Positions 9,977 through 19,614 of a stretch of DNA of 64,000 nt are shown here, one piece after another (the first letter of the stretch is position 1; every line of letters starts with the position of its first letter). Location of the stretch: positions 15,331 to 79,330 of the forward strand of contig JBBIQA010000001.1 in assembly GCA_037442565.1 (NCBI GenBank), given 5' to 3'. The notes beneath the pieces were generated by a model, which ran no database searches, was not told where the DNA came from, and saw only the letters and a program-made list of their open reading frames with translations. The translations under genes were made by a program, and so were the position numbers. The stretch comes from Rhodospirillales bacterium. Its GTDB lineage: Bacteria > Pseudomonadota > Alphaproteobacteria > Acetobacterales > Acetobacteraceae.

Positions 9977-11353
9977 TCAGGTCGCCTGGCTGCCCCGCAG
10001 CCGGAGGAAGCTCACCACCATCGCGACGCCGGCGAAACCGGCACCGATCAGCAGCGACAATCGGGCGCCCTGCTCCACCCCGCCAGCCCCGCCGCCGGAC
10101 AGTGCCAGCGTCAATGCCACGATCAGGCCGCCGATGGTCTGCCCGGTCAGCCGGGCGGTGGACAGCATGCCGCTGCCGGCGCCGCTGCGCTCGCGCGGCG
10201 CGCTGGCGATCAGGGCCCGGTTGTTGGGCGACTGGAAGAACCCGAAGCCGATGCCGCAGATCAGCATCCGCCACACCACGTGGCCCCAATGCGCATCGGC
10301 CGGAATCCCGGTCAGCAACAGCATCCCCACGCACAGCACCGCCAGGCCGCAGCCGCCAAGCAGCCCGGCGGGATAGCGGTCCGACAACCGCCCGGCGATC
10401 GGGGCAATCAGGATCACGACCGCCGGCCAGGGCGTCATCAGCAGCCCGGTCTCGACCTGCGACTGGCCGCCCGCGTATTGGAAGTAGAACGGCAACGCCA
10501 GATACGCGAGCGTCTGGCAGGCATAGGAACAGACCGACGTGACCACCGACAGGGCGAAGACCGGCAGCCGGAACAGATCCACCGGCAGCATCGGCGCCGC
10601 CAGCGACAACTGCCGGCGCACGAACACCACCCCGATGCCGATGCCCGCCGCCAGTTCCGCAAGCGACATTGCCACGTCGCGGCCATGACCGAAGCCGTCG
10701 ATGCCGATGAACACCAGCCCGAAGCTCGCCGCGTTCAGCAGCGCGCTGGAAAGGTCGAAGCTGTGCCCGGCCCTCGGCGTCGCCGGCAGCACGCGCAGCG
10801 CCAGTGCCAGCGCCAGCAGCCCGAGCGGGATATTGAAGATGAACAGCCACTGCCAGGACGCGACCGCCAGGATCGCCGCCGCCAGCGACGGCCCGGCCGC
10901 CGAGGACGTCGCCACGATCAGCGCCGTCATGCCGATGCCGCGGCCAAGCTGGGAACGCGGATAGATATAGCGCACCAGCGCCGTGTTCACGCTCATGATC
11001 CCGGCCGCGCCCAGGCCCTGCAGCACCCGCGCGGCCACCAGCACCGGCAGGGTGCCGGCCAGGCCGCAGGCCAGCGAGCCGACGCAGAACATCACCAGCC
11101 CGAACAGATAGACCCGCCGGTAGCCGTAGATGTCGCCCAGCGAGGACAGCGGCAGCAGCGAGACGGTCACCGCCAGCTGATACGAATTGACCACCCAGAC
11201 CGACAGCGCCGGGCTGACGTTCAGCTCCAGCGCGATGGCCGGCAGAGCGATATTGGCGATCGCGGTGGCCAGGACCGAAATGCAGATGGCGATCGACAGC
11301 GTCGCCATAGCACGATGCCTTTCCGCCGGCGGCAATCCGTCAGCTTCGTGCAT
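9977..11353 (-). CDS. MFS transporter (DHA2/EmrB-like, about 14 TM)
   Basis: Hydrophobic profile with about 14 helices and MFS motifs (LGDIYGYRRVY, GRLSDRYPAG). The start could instead be the internal MATLSI. Confidence 0.88.
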   Translation of the reverse strand: MHEADGLPPAERHRAMATLSIAICISVLATAIANIALPAIALELNVSPALSVWVVNSYQLAVTVSLLPLSSLGDIYGYRRVYLFGLVMFCVGSLACGLAGTLPVLVAARVLQGLGAAGIMSVNTALVRYIYPRSQLGRGIGMTALIVATSSAAGPSLAAAILAVASWQWLFIFNIPLGLLALALALRVLPATPRAGHSFDLSSALLNAASFGLVFIGIDGFGHGRDVAMSLAELAAGIGIGVVFVRRQLSLAAPMLPVDLFRLPVFALSVVTSVCSYACQTLAYLALPFYFQYAGGQSQVETGLLMTPWPAVVILIAPIAGRLSDRYPAGLLGGCGLAVLCVGMLLLTGIPADAHWGHVVWRMLICGIGFGFFQSPNNRALIASAPRERSGAGSGMLSTARLTGQTIGGLIVALTLALSGGGAGGVEQGARLSLLIGAGFAGVAMVVSFLRLRGSQAT

Positions 11354-11443
11354 CCAAGCCTCGGTCGTTCATGAAATCAGCCGCCCCGTCGTTCGCGTGA
11401 CCGCCAGCTTGACCGTTCCGGCCTTCGCCAACAAGCTGCCCGC

Positions 11444-11929
11444 ATGAATGAAATCCGCTTCCCCGTCATCCATGAGGCCACCGTCCTGCCGGATTGGATC
11501 GATTACAACGGCCACATGAACCTGGCCTATTACGTGGTGGTGTTCGACCAGGCGACGGACCGGCTCTACGACCGGCTCGGCATCTGGCTGCCCTATCGCG
11601 AGGCCACCGGCAATTCCTGCTTCACCGTGGAAACCCACACGATCTACGAGCAGGAGGTGAAACTCGGCGACCGCGTGCGCGTGCACACGCATCTGCTCGG
11701 CGCCGATGCCAAGCGGCTGCATTATTTCCACGAGATGTTCCACGCGGAGGAAGGCTACCGGGCGGCGGTGCAGGAACTGATGGCGCTGCATGTGGATCTG
11801 TCGGTCCGCCGCACGGCGCCGTTTCCGCCCGACCGCGCCGGCGTCATCCAGGCGGCGCTGGCAAGCTGCGCCGCGCTGCCGGTGCCGAAGGAAGCGGGAC
11901 GGCGGATCGCCATGCCCGCGCCGCGCTGA
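11444..11929 (+). CDS. Hotdog-fold acyl-CoA thioesterase (4HBT-like)
   Basis: N-terminal pattern VLPDWIDYNGHMNLAYYVVVFDQATD is typical of 4HBT/YbgC-type thioesterases, and the size is about 160 aa. Confidence 0.8.
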   Translation: MNEIRFPVIHEATVLPDWIDYNGHMNLAYYVVVFDQATDRLYDRLGIWLPYREATGNSCFTVETHTIYEQEVKLGDRVRVHTHLLGADAKRLHYFHEMFHAEEGYRAAVQELMALHVDLSVRRTAPFPPDRAGVIQAALASCAALPVPKEAGRRIAMPAPR

Positions 11930-11967
11930 GCCCGTCCCGTGATGGCCGCCCCGGCTGAAGCACCAGG

Positions 11968-12726
11968 CTAGAGCCGGATGCGGTGCTCCACCGGCACCGC
12001 GCGGCAATCCATTTCGAATTCCAGGCCCTGCACCGGCGGACGGGCGAAATGCCAGTTCAGCCCGTGCTGCGCCGCGCCGCGGCGCACGATCTCGTCGGCC
12101 AGGAACGGATACAGATCGTGCACGGTATACACCTGCGCCACCGTGACATCCGCCCAGCCGGCCTCCACCGCCGCCATCCGGCTTTCCATCCGGTTCAGCA
12201 CATACACACCCTTCTCGCGCATCGCGGCCGGGCTGGTGTCGCCGAACCGCACGGTGCGTTCGCGATAGGAGGCATGCCCCTCCTCCGCCTCGCCGCTGCC
12301 GGAGATCACGAACGACCCCGATGCACCGGCGAATTTGCGGGTGAAGCAGAAGGCATGAAAGCCCGGCTCGATCGGCTTGTGCAATTCCGGACAGACATTG
12401 CTGCGCGCCACCGGGTTCCGGTCGTCGCGCATCACACCCCACCGCTCCAGCGTGCCGACATACTGGCGGTTGAAGGCGACGAAGCCGGCCTCGGTGAACG
12501 GCGCCGGCGAGCGCAGCTCGCAGGCGCAGAACCCCGCCAGCTTCAGGCCCTGATCGGCGAAAAACCGCTCGATGAAGGCAAAGCCCTCCTCCAGCGGCAC
12601 CGGGCGCAGGAACTCCACCCGCTCGATCCGGTAGCCGTCCAGCGCCCGGACCCCGGCCGAGTACTGGAACACGCCGGGGATGTAGCGATATCCCCCGTCC
12701 GGCATTTCGATCGTGGTGGCCGTCAT
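11968..12726 (-). CDS. Conserved hypothetical protein (function unknown)
   Basis: Clean 252-aa ORF with non-low-complexity composition, and it fits the gene spacing. I do not confidently recognise the family. Confidence 0.7.
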   Translation of the reverse strand: MTATTIEMPDGGYRYIPGVFQYSAGVRALDGYRIERVEFLRPVPLEEGFAFIERFFADQGLKLAGFCACELRSPAPFTEAGFVAFNRQYVGTLERWGVMRDDRNPVARSNVCPELHKPIEPGFHAFCFTRKFAGASGSFVISGSGEAEEGHASYRERTVRFGDTSPAAMREKGVYVLNRMESRMAAVEAGWADVTVAQVYTVHDLYPFLADEIVRRGAAQHGLNWHFARPPVQGLEFEMDCRAVPVEHRIRL

Positions 12727-12752
12727 GTTCCCGCCCCCCGCGCGATCTCGGG

Positions 12753-13085
12753 TTATTCGACCCCGAGCAGTTCCACGTCGAACACCAGCGTCGCGTTCGG
12801 CGGAATAACCCCGCCCGCCCCACGCGCGCCGTAGCCGAGCTCCGGCGGAATCACCAGCGTGCGCTGGCCGCCTACCTTCATGCCGGCGACACCCTTGTCC
12901 CAGCCCTGGATCACCTGTCCGGCACCCAGCGAAAAGCGGAACGGGTCGCCCCGATCGCGCGAGCTGTCGAATTTCCTGCCCTTGCTGTCCGCCGCCGCCG
13001 CGTCGAACAGCCAGCCCGTGTAGTGCACCACGACATTCCTGCCAGCCTCGGCCAGCGCGCCCGTGCCTACCTTGATATCGGTCAT
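12753..13085 (-). CDS. FKBP-type peptidyl-prolyl cis-trans isomerase
   Basis: VHYTGWL...[42 protein letters not shown] and LVFDVELL are the canonical FKBP signature. Confidence 0.93.
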   Translation of the reverse strand: MTDIKVGTGALAEAGRNVVVHYTGWLFDAAAADSKGRKFDSSRDRGDPFRFSLGAGQVIQGWDKGVAGMKVGGQRTLVIPPELGYGARGAGGVIPPNATLVFDVELLGVE

Positions 13086-13156
13086 CTGCGGTTCCTGTTT
13101 TCCAATCCAGGCCTGATTCTAGACCGCTGCGGCACCGCTGTTAAGCCGGCGCCGGC

Positions 13157-13909
13157 CTATCGTCCGGCATCCTGCTGTGCCGCCTGCGGCGAGCCGAGCA
13201 GATTGTCGACCAGGATGTAGCTGCTCACCAGCAGCACCCAGGCCGGAAACACCATCAGCGCCCAGTCGAATTGCTCGCTGCCGAACAGCAGGAACAGGGC
13301 GCACAGGTAGCCGAGCACGGCCACCCAGCGCGCGGTGATGCGCGTGCGGATGGCGAGCGTGGAGGCGGTCACCATGAACACCGCCGCCATCTTGTAGGCA
13401 TAGACATGCATGATGCCGAAGGTGAACGCGCGGGCAAAGGCGAACGTGCCCGTGTCGAGGATCGCGCTCGGCTGGGCCGAATAGGCGATGATCACCCCCC
13501 CGGACGCCGCCGCGGCCACGAACACCATGCCCAGAAACATGAACCCGCTGCCGAGAAAGACCGTGGCGAAGAACCGGTCCTCCTGCGCCCCGAGGCGATC
13601 GCGCAGCACGCCGACGAACCACAGGAAGGCCACGCCGGCGAAGGGCACCAGGTTCAGGGCCAGCATCACCCGGCGCGAGCTGGTCGCGAGCCAGGCGCCG
13701 GCCTCCAGCGGATCGGCCGGCACCGTCATGCGCAGAATCCAGAGGCTGCTGATCAACAGTCCCGAGAACAGGATCCCGGCAATGGCGGCGGCGCGCGGTG
13801 TGCGCAGGCCGGCCCGAATGGCGGGCGCGTCGGTGAGGGTCGTGGGCGTCGGATCCTTTGCCATGGCGGATGGTCCCTTCGCCCAGCGATCGCCGCGCTC
13901 GATCGGCAT
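13157..13909 (-). CDS. Integral membrane protein, function unknown
   Basis: About six hydrophobic helices. Its start codon abuts a mini-ORF created by a 15-bp duplication downstream of the lipoprotein gene. Confidence 0.7.
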   Translation of the reverse strand: MPIERGDRWAKGPSAMAKDPTPTTLTDAPAIRAGLRTPRAAAIAGILFSGLLISSLWILRMTVPADPLEAGAWLATSSRRVMLALNLVPFAGVAFLWFVGVLRDRLGAQEDRFFATVFLGSGFMFLGMVFVAAAASGGVIIAYSAQPSAILDTGTFAFARAFTFGIMHVYAYKMAAVFMVTASTLAIRTRITARWVAVLGYLCALFLLFGSEQFDWALMVFPAWVLLVSSYILVDNLLGSPQAAQQDAGR

Positions 13910-13934
13910 TCAGTTGACCGGCATTCAGTTGACC
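13905..13934. repeat. Perfect 15-bp tandem duplication spanning a stop/start gene junction
   Basis: ggcattcagttgacc occurs at 13905-13919 and again at 13920-13934. Confidence 0.95.
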
Positions 13935-15019
13935 GGGATCGTCAGTGCCGGCACCTGCGGCGTGGTTCCGGTTTCGGCCAGCGAGAAGAAGATCATCAGC
14001 ATCGTGAATATTCGCTTGGAGTTGAAATCGTCGTCGCTGATCCAGTACCAGGTATTGCGATAGCGGACGGCGGTAAACGCGTTCGCGGGCGCTTCCGGCC
14101 CGGACAGAATGCGTACCAGCGGCCGATCCCGCGGATTTGCGGCGCTGGCCACCCGTGGGGACGGCACCGTGCGATGCGCCGCCACGTCCGCCGCCGGCAC
14201 CTCGATCCCGGCCGAGAGGTCGATGAGGATCTCGGCCATCGATCGCGAGAACACGGCCAACTCCTGTTCGTTGCGCTGGACCGCGCCGAAGGCGAGCGTG
14301 ATTTCGTCATCCTTGCCGGGCTTCAGATGGAGCGTGTCCTTCACGAACTGCAAATCCCGGTTCACCTCCGGCGACCGGCTGCCGGCCATGATGAGGTGCC
14401 CGACCTCCTCGGAGCCGCGCTTTTCCAACCGCATGCTGACCATTCCGGAGAGCTGCAGCCGCCGCAAGGCCTCGATCAGCGGGTAGAACGCGGGATCGGC
14501 GGGCTGGATCTGGCCGCCCGAGACGCTCTGGTTCCGCACGCCGTTCAGTGCCCGCACCGTTACCTGCAGAACGAAATCCGAGGGGTAGCCCGCCTGGATC
14601 AGCTGAAAGATCCCGGCCGGTGGGATCGGCCGCAACAGGCTCTTGGTGAATTTGTCCCCCGACAGCGGCGTGTAGGAGATGGTCGGCCGATCCTGATAGG
14701 CAACGCCACCACCGAACGTGGCGCTGTTCCACGGAGCGACGCCGGTAAGGTTGGAATTGACGATACCGGCCGCGGTGAGCTGCCCCCCGATGGCGTAGTT
14801 GCTGATCACCGAGGAGACGTCGAGGAACGACGGAGCGTCGCCGTACCGCAGGCGAACGACGTTGATCAGGGTTTGCTCCTTCCAGGAATCCGCGATGGAC
14901 GAAAGGTAATCCGAACGATCGCGCGGAATGACCGCCGGCCCGATCGACGCGCAGCCCGCCAGGGCCAGCAATAACAGCACCGGCCCGAGGCCATTCCGCA
15001 CAATGTTGCGACGATGCAT
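13925..15019 (-). CDS. Lipoprotein, function unknown
   Basis: Lipobox LLLLALAGC near the N-terminus and a 364-aa non-repetitive sequence. No family recognised. Confidence 0.75.
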   Translation of the reverse strand: MHRRNIVRNGLGPVLLLLALAGCASIGPAVIPRDRSDYLSSIADSWKEQTLINVVRLRYGDAPSFLDVSSVISNYAIGGQLTAAGIVNSNLTGVAPWNSATFGGGVAYQDRPTISYTPLSGDKFTKSLLRPIPPAGIFQLIQAGYPSDFVLQVTVRALNGVRNQSVSGGQIQPADPAFYPLIEALRRLQLSGMVSMRLEKRGSEEVGHLIMAGSRSPEVNRDLQFVKDTLHLKPGKDDEITLAFGAVQRNEQELAVFSRSMAEILIDLSAGIEVPAADVAAHRTVPSPRVASAANPRDRPLVRILSGPEAPANAFTAVRYRNTWYWISDDDFNSKRIFTMLMIFFSLAETGTTPQVPALTIPVN

Positions 15020-15064
15020 CAGGCTCTCACGGCTTCCACGCCTGCAATCCCGCTTCGATCCGCC

Positions 15065-16495
15065 TCACCCCTGCGTTTCCTGCAGTATCTGTATCCTGCC
15101 GGCCCGAACCGCCCGCCTCAGCGCCGCGTGGTCCGACTCTGCCTGGTCGGCATAGGCCAGGGCGAAGCTGCCCATCGCTTCGTCGAATTGATCCCCGCCG
15201 CCCAGATAGCCGCTGATGGTCCAGGCATCACCCGCCTTGGCGTGGCTGCGCGCAAGCGCCCAGCCGCAGGCCTCGCCGTAAATCATCAGGTCCTCGGCGT
15301 CGAACGTCTCGATCAATGGCTTGATCTTCGCGTCGCGCAGCTGCCGGGCATAGAGATGCCGGCCTTCGATGCCCTCGAACCAGCCCAGGAACAGATCCGA
15401 CGCCGGCTGCATCAACCGCTGGCCCATCACCACGCGTTGGCCGTGATTGGGATAGGCGCTGGGCCCGGCATAGGGCTCCAGCACCGACGCGCACGCTTCC
15501 TTGAACTGCAGGAACAGCGGCTCGTTCCCGGCCGACATGAACAGCCCGATCCAGCACCGCCGCCCGACGCTGCCGATGCCCACCACTTTGATCGCGACAT
15601 CCACCAGGCGATAGCGATCGAGCAGCGCGCGCCGATCGTCGGCCAATGTTTCGCGATAGCTGGCCAGCATCTTCTGAACCGTGGCCATGTAGTCGGGCGC
15701 CCGCGCGACCTCGGGATGGAAGATCAGCGGCGGGGCATCGCGGATATGGATCTGTCCCCCGACCATGCCGGCCAGCTTCGGAAAATCCAGCTCCGAGCCT
15801 GAGCCTTCCGCCGCCTTTTCGATCCTTTTCTGCGCCACCTTCCGGCGCGCGGGATCCTTGACCAGGTCCAGGAAGTCTTCGCTGTGGATCCTGGCATACC
15901 AGACCTCCAGCGGCGACATCGTCGCATATTCGGCCAGCCGCTCGCGGTAGCTGCGCGTGGCCCCGATCGCGGCGTCGCGCCCGTCGCCGTCGCTCAGGCC
16001 GTTCGCCCGCGCGGCGAGTACGAAGGATGCGGCGAGGCGCTTGACGTCCCACTCCCACGGCGCAGGCAGCGTCTCGTCGAAATCGTTGATGTCGAAGATG
16101 ATGTTGCGCTCGGGCGTGGCGAAGCCGCCGAAATTGAGCAGGTGACAGTCGCCGCAGGCCTGCACGCGAATGCCGCTGGCCGGGGTGGTGGACAGATCGG
16201 CGGCCATCACCCCGGCGGCACCGCGGTAGAAGGTGAACGGCGAGACCATCATCCGCCCATAGCGCACCGGCAGCAGTTCGGGCAGCCGCTCGGGGTCCGA
16301 CGCCTGCAGTTGCGCGATGGGGTCGGCGCGATTCGCCGGCTTCTTCCAGGCGCCGTGCGAAGAACGCGGCACGCTATCGCGCAGCAGCTTGCCTGCCGCC
16401 ATCATCTCGTCCGGCGAACGGGTGTGCTGCGGCGGCGCCTCGGCATGGGGAACGGCAGCGGCGGATTTGCCCTTTTTGGCGTCGTGTTTGGCCAT
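15065..16495 (-). CDS. DUF2252 family protein
   Basis: SPFTFYRGAAGVMAADL and FDINDFDET are motifs characteristic of DUF2252. Start trimmed to the ATG at 16495, which has a strong GGAGGA Shine-Dalgarno. Confidence 0.85.
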   Translation of the reverse strand: MAKHDAKKGKSAAAVPHAEAPPQHTRSPDEMMAAGKLLRDSVPRSSHGAWKKPANRADPIAQLQASDPERLPELLPVRYGRMMVSPFTFYRGAAGVMAADLSTTPASGIRVQACGDCHLLNFGGFATPERNIIFDINDFDETLPAPWEWDVKRLAASFVLAARANGLSDGDGRDAAIGATRSYRERLAEYATMSPLEVWYARIHSEDFLDLVKDPARRKVAQKRIEKAAEGSGSELDFPKLAGMVGGQIHIRDAPPLIFHPEVARAPDYMATVQKMLASYRETLADDRRALLDRYRLVDVAIKVVGIGSVGRRCWIGLFMSAGNEPLFLQFKEACASVLEPYAGPSAYPNHGQRVVMGQRLMQPASDLFLGWFEGIEGRHLYARQLRDAKIKPLIETFDAEDLMIYGEACGWALARSHAKAGDAWTISGYLGGGDQFDEAMGSFALAYADQAESDHAALRRAVRAGRIQILQETQG

Positions 16496-16795
16496 GTGTT
16501 CCTCCGTGTACGGCTGGCTGCATCCGGCTCTGTTCGTGGCCATGCCGCGGGCTGGTTGTCGGGACAGGTCTGCTTACTCAGGTTGCGTTCGTTCGGATTC
16601 GGCCGTGACCACCCCTTGGCTTCCGTCGGCATGATGCGCAAACGATCGCCACGGCGGAAGAGCCCCGTAGCATCCGGCCGCGCGCGCCATATTGATCTGT
16701 CTCAAGCCCCCGGCCGGCCCGCTTGGACAATCGCGCCCCGCCATGCCAGATGATGCCTGGAAACCAATCCATGCAAAGATACCGGGAGACGCGCC

Positions 16796-17731
16796 ATGGC
16801 CCCTCGCATCGGATACCTGCTGCCAACCCGCGAAAGCGTCATGGAAGGCCGTCCGGAAGCCGCCCCGCTGCTGGCGCTGGCCGAGCGGGCGGAAAAGCTT
16901 GGCTACGACTCCATCTGGATCGGCGACAGCGTCCTCGCCCGCCCGCGCCATGACCCGCTGACCCTGCTCGCCGCCGTCGCCGGGCGCACCAGCCGCGTAC
17001 AGCTCGGCACCGCCGTGCTGCTGCCGGCGCTGCGCAATCCCGTGCTGCTGGCCCACCAGATGGCGACGCTGGACCAGGCCTCGGACGGGCGCGTCATCCT
17101 CGGCGTCGGCATCGCCAGTGACGTGGCCAATATCCGCGCCGAATTCGAGGCCTGCGGCGTGCCCTGGGAAAAGCGCCTCGGCCGGATGATGGAGGGCCTG
17201 CGCCTCTGCCGCGCGCTGTGGTCGGGCGAGCCGGTCACCTGGGACGGGCGCTGGAAAATGGAAAACGCCGTGCTCGGCCCGGTGCCGTTCCAGAAAGGCG
17301 GCCCGCCGATCTGGATCGCCGGCTCCGCCCCCGCCACCGTCGAGCGCGTCGGCAGGCATTTCGACGGCTGGTTCCCCAACGGCCCCAGCCCGGACCAGTA
17401 CGCCGTCACCTGGGCCGCCATGCAGCAGGCCGCCATCGCCGCCGGGCGCGATAAAGCGGCCATAACCGGCGCCAACTACGTCACCCTGGCGATCGACGAC
17501 AACCAGGCCCGCGCCGATACCAGGATGGATCAGTTCCTCGCCAGCTATTACGGCCAGCCGGCGGACATCATGCGCCGGCGGCAGGCCTGCTTCGCCGGAT
17601 CGCTCGCCGGTGCCCGCGAATGGCTCGCCGCCTTCACCGCCGCCGGTACCCGGCATTTCTGCCTGCGCTTCGCCGGCGAGCACGAACGCCAGATGGACAT
17701 GCTGGCCGGCGTCGCCAGCCAACTCGGCTAA
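16796..17731 (+). CDS. LLM-class (luciferase-like) flavin/F420-dependent oxidoreductase
   Basis: AERAEKLGYDSIWIGDSVLARPR, a TIM-barrel LLM-type pattern, and a length of about 310 aa. Confidence 0.87.
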   Translation: MAPRIGYLLPTRESVMEGRPEAAPLLALAERAEKLGYDSIWIGDSVLARPRHDPLTLLAAVAGRTSRVQLGTAVLLPALRNPVLLAHQMATLDQASDGRVILGVGIASDVANIRAEFEACGVPWEKRLGRMMEGLRLCRALWSGEPVTWDGRWKMENAVLGPVPFQKGGPPIWIAGSAPATVERVGRHFDGWFPNGPSPDQYAVTWAAMQQAAIAAGRDKAAITGANYVTLAIDDNQARADTRMDQFLASYYGQPADIMRRRQACFAGSLAGAREWLAAFTAAGTRHFCLRFAGEHERQMDMLAGVASQLG

Positions 17732-17749
17732 TCACAAGGGAAACGTCCG

Positions 17750-18490
17750 ATGATCGAACAGACCGTGGACATCGCCACCCGGGACGGCGCGATGGAGACC
17801 TTCATCGTCCACCCCGAGCGCCATGGCCCGCACCCCGCCGTGTTCCTGCTGATGGACGCGCCCGGCATCCGCGAGGAACTGCGCGACATGGCCCGCCGCC
17901 TGGCCACGACCGGCTACTGCGTGCTGCTGCCGAACCTCTATTACCGCGCCGGCCGCGACACGACATACGGCCCGGACGTGCTGGAGCACGGCAGCGCCGA
18001 GCATCAGCGCATGCGCGCCGTGCGCACGAAAATGACCATCCCGCCGGTCATGGAAGACATCGCAACGATGATCGCCTATGTCGACGCCCGGCCCGAGGTG
18101 AAAAAGGGCCCGGTCGGCGCCCACGGCTACTGCATGAGCGGCCCCTACGCCCTTGCCGCCGCCGCCCGCTACCCCGACCGCGTCGCCGCCGCCGCGTCGT
18201 TCTACGGCACCTGGCTGGTCAGCGAGAACGAGGAAAGCCCGCATCTCTCCTTCGCCAGGGTCAAGGGCGAACTCTACATATCCTGCGCCGAACACGACGA
18301 GCTTGCCCCGCTGCCGATGGTCGAGCAGCTCGACAAGCTGTTCAGGGCATCCGGCGCCGCCGGGGAATTGGAGGTCCATCCCGGCGTGCATCACGGCTTC
18401 GCCTTTCCGCAGCGCAAGGTCTACGACAAGCCGGCCGCCGAACGGCACTGGGAACGCCTGATCGCGCTGTACCGCCGCCGCCTCGGCTGA
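17750..18490 (+). CDS. Dienelactone hydrolase family protein
   Basis: Alpha/beta-hydrolase with nucleophile motif GAHGYCMSG and C-terminal HGF. Typical length of 246 aa. Confidence 0.88.
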   Translation: MIEQTVDIATRDGAMETFIVHPERHGPHPAVFLLMDAPGIREELRDMARRLATTGYCVLLPNLYYRAGRDTTYGPDVLEHGSAEHQRMRAVRTKMTIPPVMEDIATMIAYVDARPEVKKGPVGAHGYCMSGPYALAAAARYPDRVAAAASFYGTWLVSENEESPHLSFARVKGELYISCAEHDELAPLPMVEQLDKLFRASGAAGELEVHPGVHHGFAFPQRKVYDKPAAERHWERLIALYRRRLG

Positions 18491-18492
18491 AA

Positions 18493-18513
18493 GGCCGGCG
18501 GCAGGCGCCGGCC
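18493..18513 (+). terminator. GC-rich hairpin immediately after the dienelactone hydrolase stop codon (weak terminator candidate)
   Basis: In ggccggcggcaggcgccggcc the 5' arm ggccggcg pairs with the 3' arm cgccggcc (8-bp stem, 5-nt loop). No following T-run. Confidence 0.3.
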
Positions 18514-18577
18514 GAGCCTTGGGAGAAAGCGTCCGATGTGCCATTATCCGGCCTCAAACTGAAAAGCACCCCCTGCC

Positions 18578-19234
18578 ATGGCCAACCCGATTCCCTCGTC
18601 CGAACCGGTCGATCTCGACCCGCTGGACGACTTCCTCAACTCCGATCGCGCGCCCGACGATTGCATGGGCCTGTCGGACCTCGATGGCTTCCTCACCGGC
18701 GTCGCCATCGGTCCCGAACTGCTCAAGCCCAGCGACTGGCTTCCGGTGATCTGGGGCGATGGCGAGCCGGAGTTCGCAACCGTGGAGGAGGCGCAAACCA
18801 TCCTCGCCCTCATCATGGCGCGCTACAACGAGATCCTGAGCACGCTCGCCAGCGACCCCGACAGCTTCGAGCCGATCTTCTGGGCCAGCGACGAGGAGGA
18901 GGAACCCATCGTGACCGATTGGGCCGCGGGGTTCCTGGAAGCGGTGAAGCTGCGCCCGGAATCGTGGGAAAAACTGACCCAGGATCCTGAGGCCGGCGGC
19001 CTGTTCGCGGCAATACTGATGCTTGGATCGGATCTCGACGAACTGGCCGTCGAGGGCGGCGAACTAACCCCTGAGGAGGCCGAGCAGCTTCTGGAAGATG
19101 GCCCTGAACTGATCCCGGACGCCGTCATCGGCATCTACGAGTTCTGGGCCGCCCAACGCGCAAAGCCCGCCGAGGCCAAGGGTTCCGGACCCAAGGGCAA
19201 TGGGCGCGCGGGAAAACCTTCCCGCCGCAACTAA
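18578..19234 (+). CDS. UPF0149 (YgfB/YecA-N-like) family protein
   Basis: LDDFLNSDRAPDDCMGLSDLDGFLTGVAIGPELLKPSDWLPVIWG matches the UPF0149 N-terminal signature. The C-terminus is a basic tail. Confidence 0.8.
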   Translation: MANPIPSSEPVDLDPLDDFLNSDRAPDDCMGLSDLDGFLTGVAIGPELLKPSDWLPVIWGDGEPEFATVEEAQTILALIMARYNEILSTLASDPDSFEPIFWASDEEEEPIVTDWAAGFLEAVKLRPESWEKLTQDPEAGGLFAAILMLGSDLDELAVEGGELTPEEAEQLLEDGPELIPDAVIGIYEFWAAQRAKPAEAKGSGPKGNGRAGKPSRRN

Positions 19235-19240
19235 CCCTTC

Positions 19241-19304
19241 CCCGGCGGCGGATTTCGCCTCAAAGCCTGCGCTCCCGGCGGCGGAGCGGCCTCAAAGCCT
19301 GCGC
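19241..19304. repeat. Tandem direct repeat of about 32 bp between convergent gene ends
   Basis: cccggcggcgga-tttcg-cctcaaagcctgcgc (19241-19272) and cccggcggcgga-gcgg-cctcaaagcctgcgc (19274-19304). Confidence 0.9.
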
Positions 19305-19477
19305 GAGCTGCCCTTGCGCAGCACTTCCATGGCGCCGAACGACAGCACGGCCGTCAAGGCCAGCGTGCCCGCTGCCCATTTGTCACCCGTCAGAAGGCAG
19401 AAAACCGCCAGCAGGGCGATCGCGATCGTGATCGCATAAACGGTCTGGCGCACCCCGTCTCGTGTATTGCGTATCAT
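19292..19477 (-). CDS. Small (61 aa) two-helix membrane protein, hypothetical
   Basis: Two hydrophobic segments (VYAITIAIALLAVFCLL and AAGTLALTAVLSFGAM). Lies in an otherwise empty gap. A weak call. Confidence 0.4.
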   Translation of the reverse strand: MIRNTRDGVRQTVYAITIAIALLAVFCLLTGDKWAAGTLALTAVLSFGAMEVLRKGSSRRL

Positions 19478-19614
19478 CCAAAGGGCCTCCTAAGCCCTGA
19501 TCCCATCTTCGATGTCCAATTTGTCGTAACCCCGGCCGGAACATGTCAGGACCAAGGCAGACCCGCCTTCGTCCATCCAATCCCCCTTTCCGCTCCGGCG
19601 CGCTATGAACCGCA

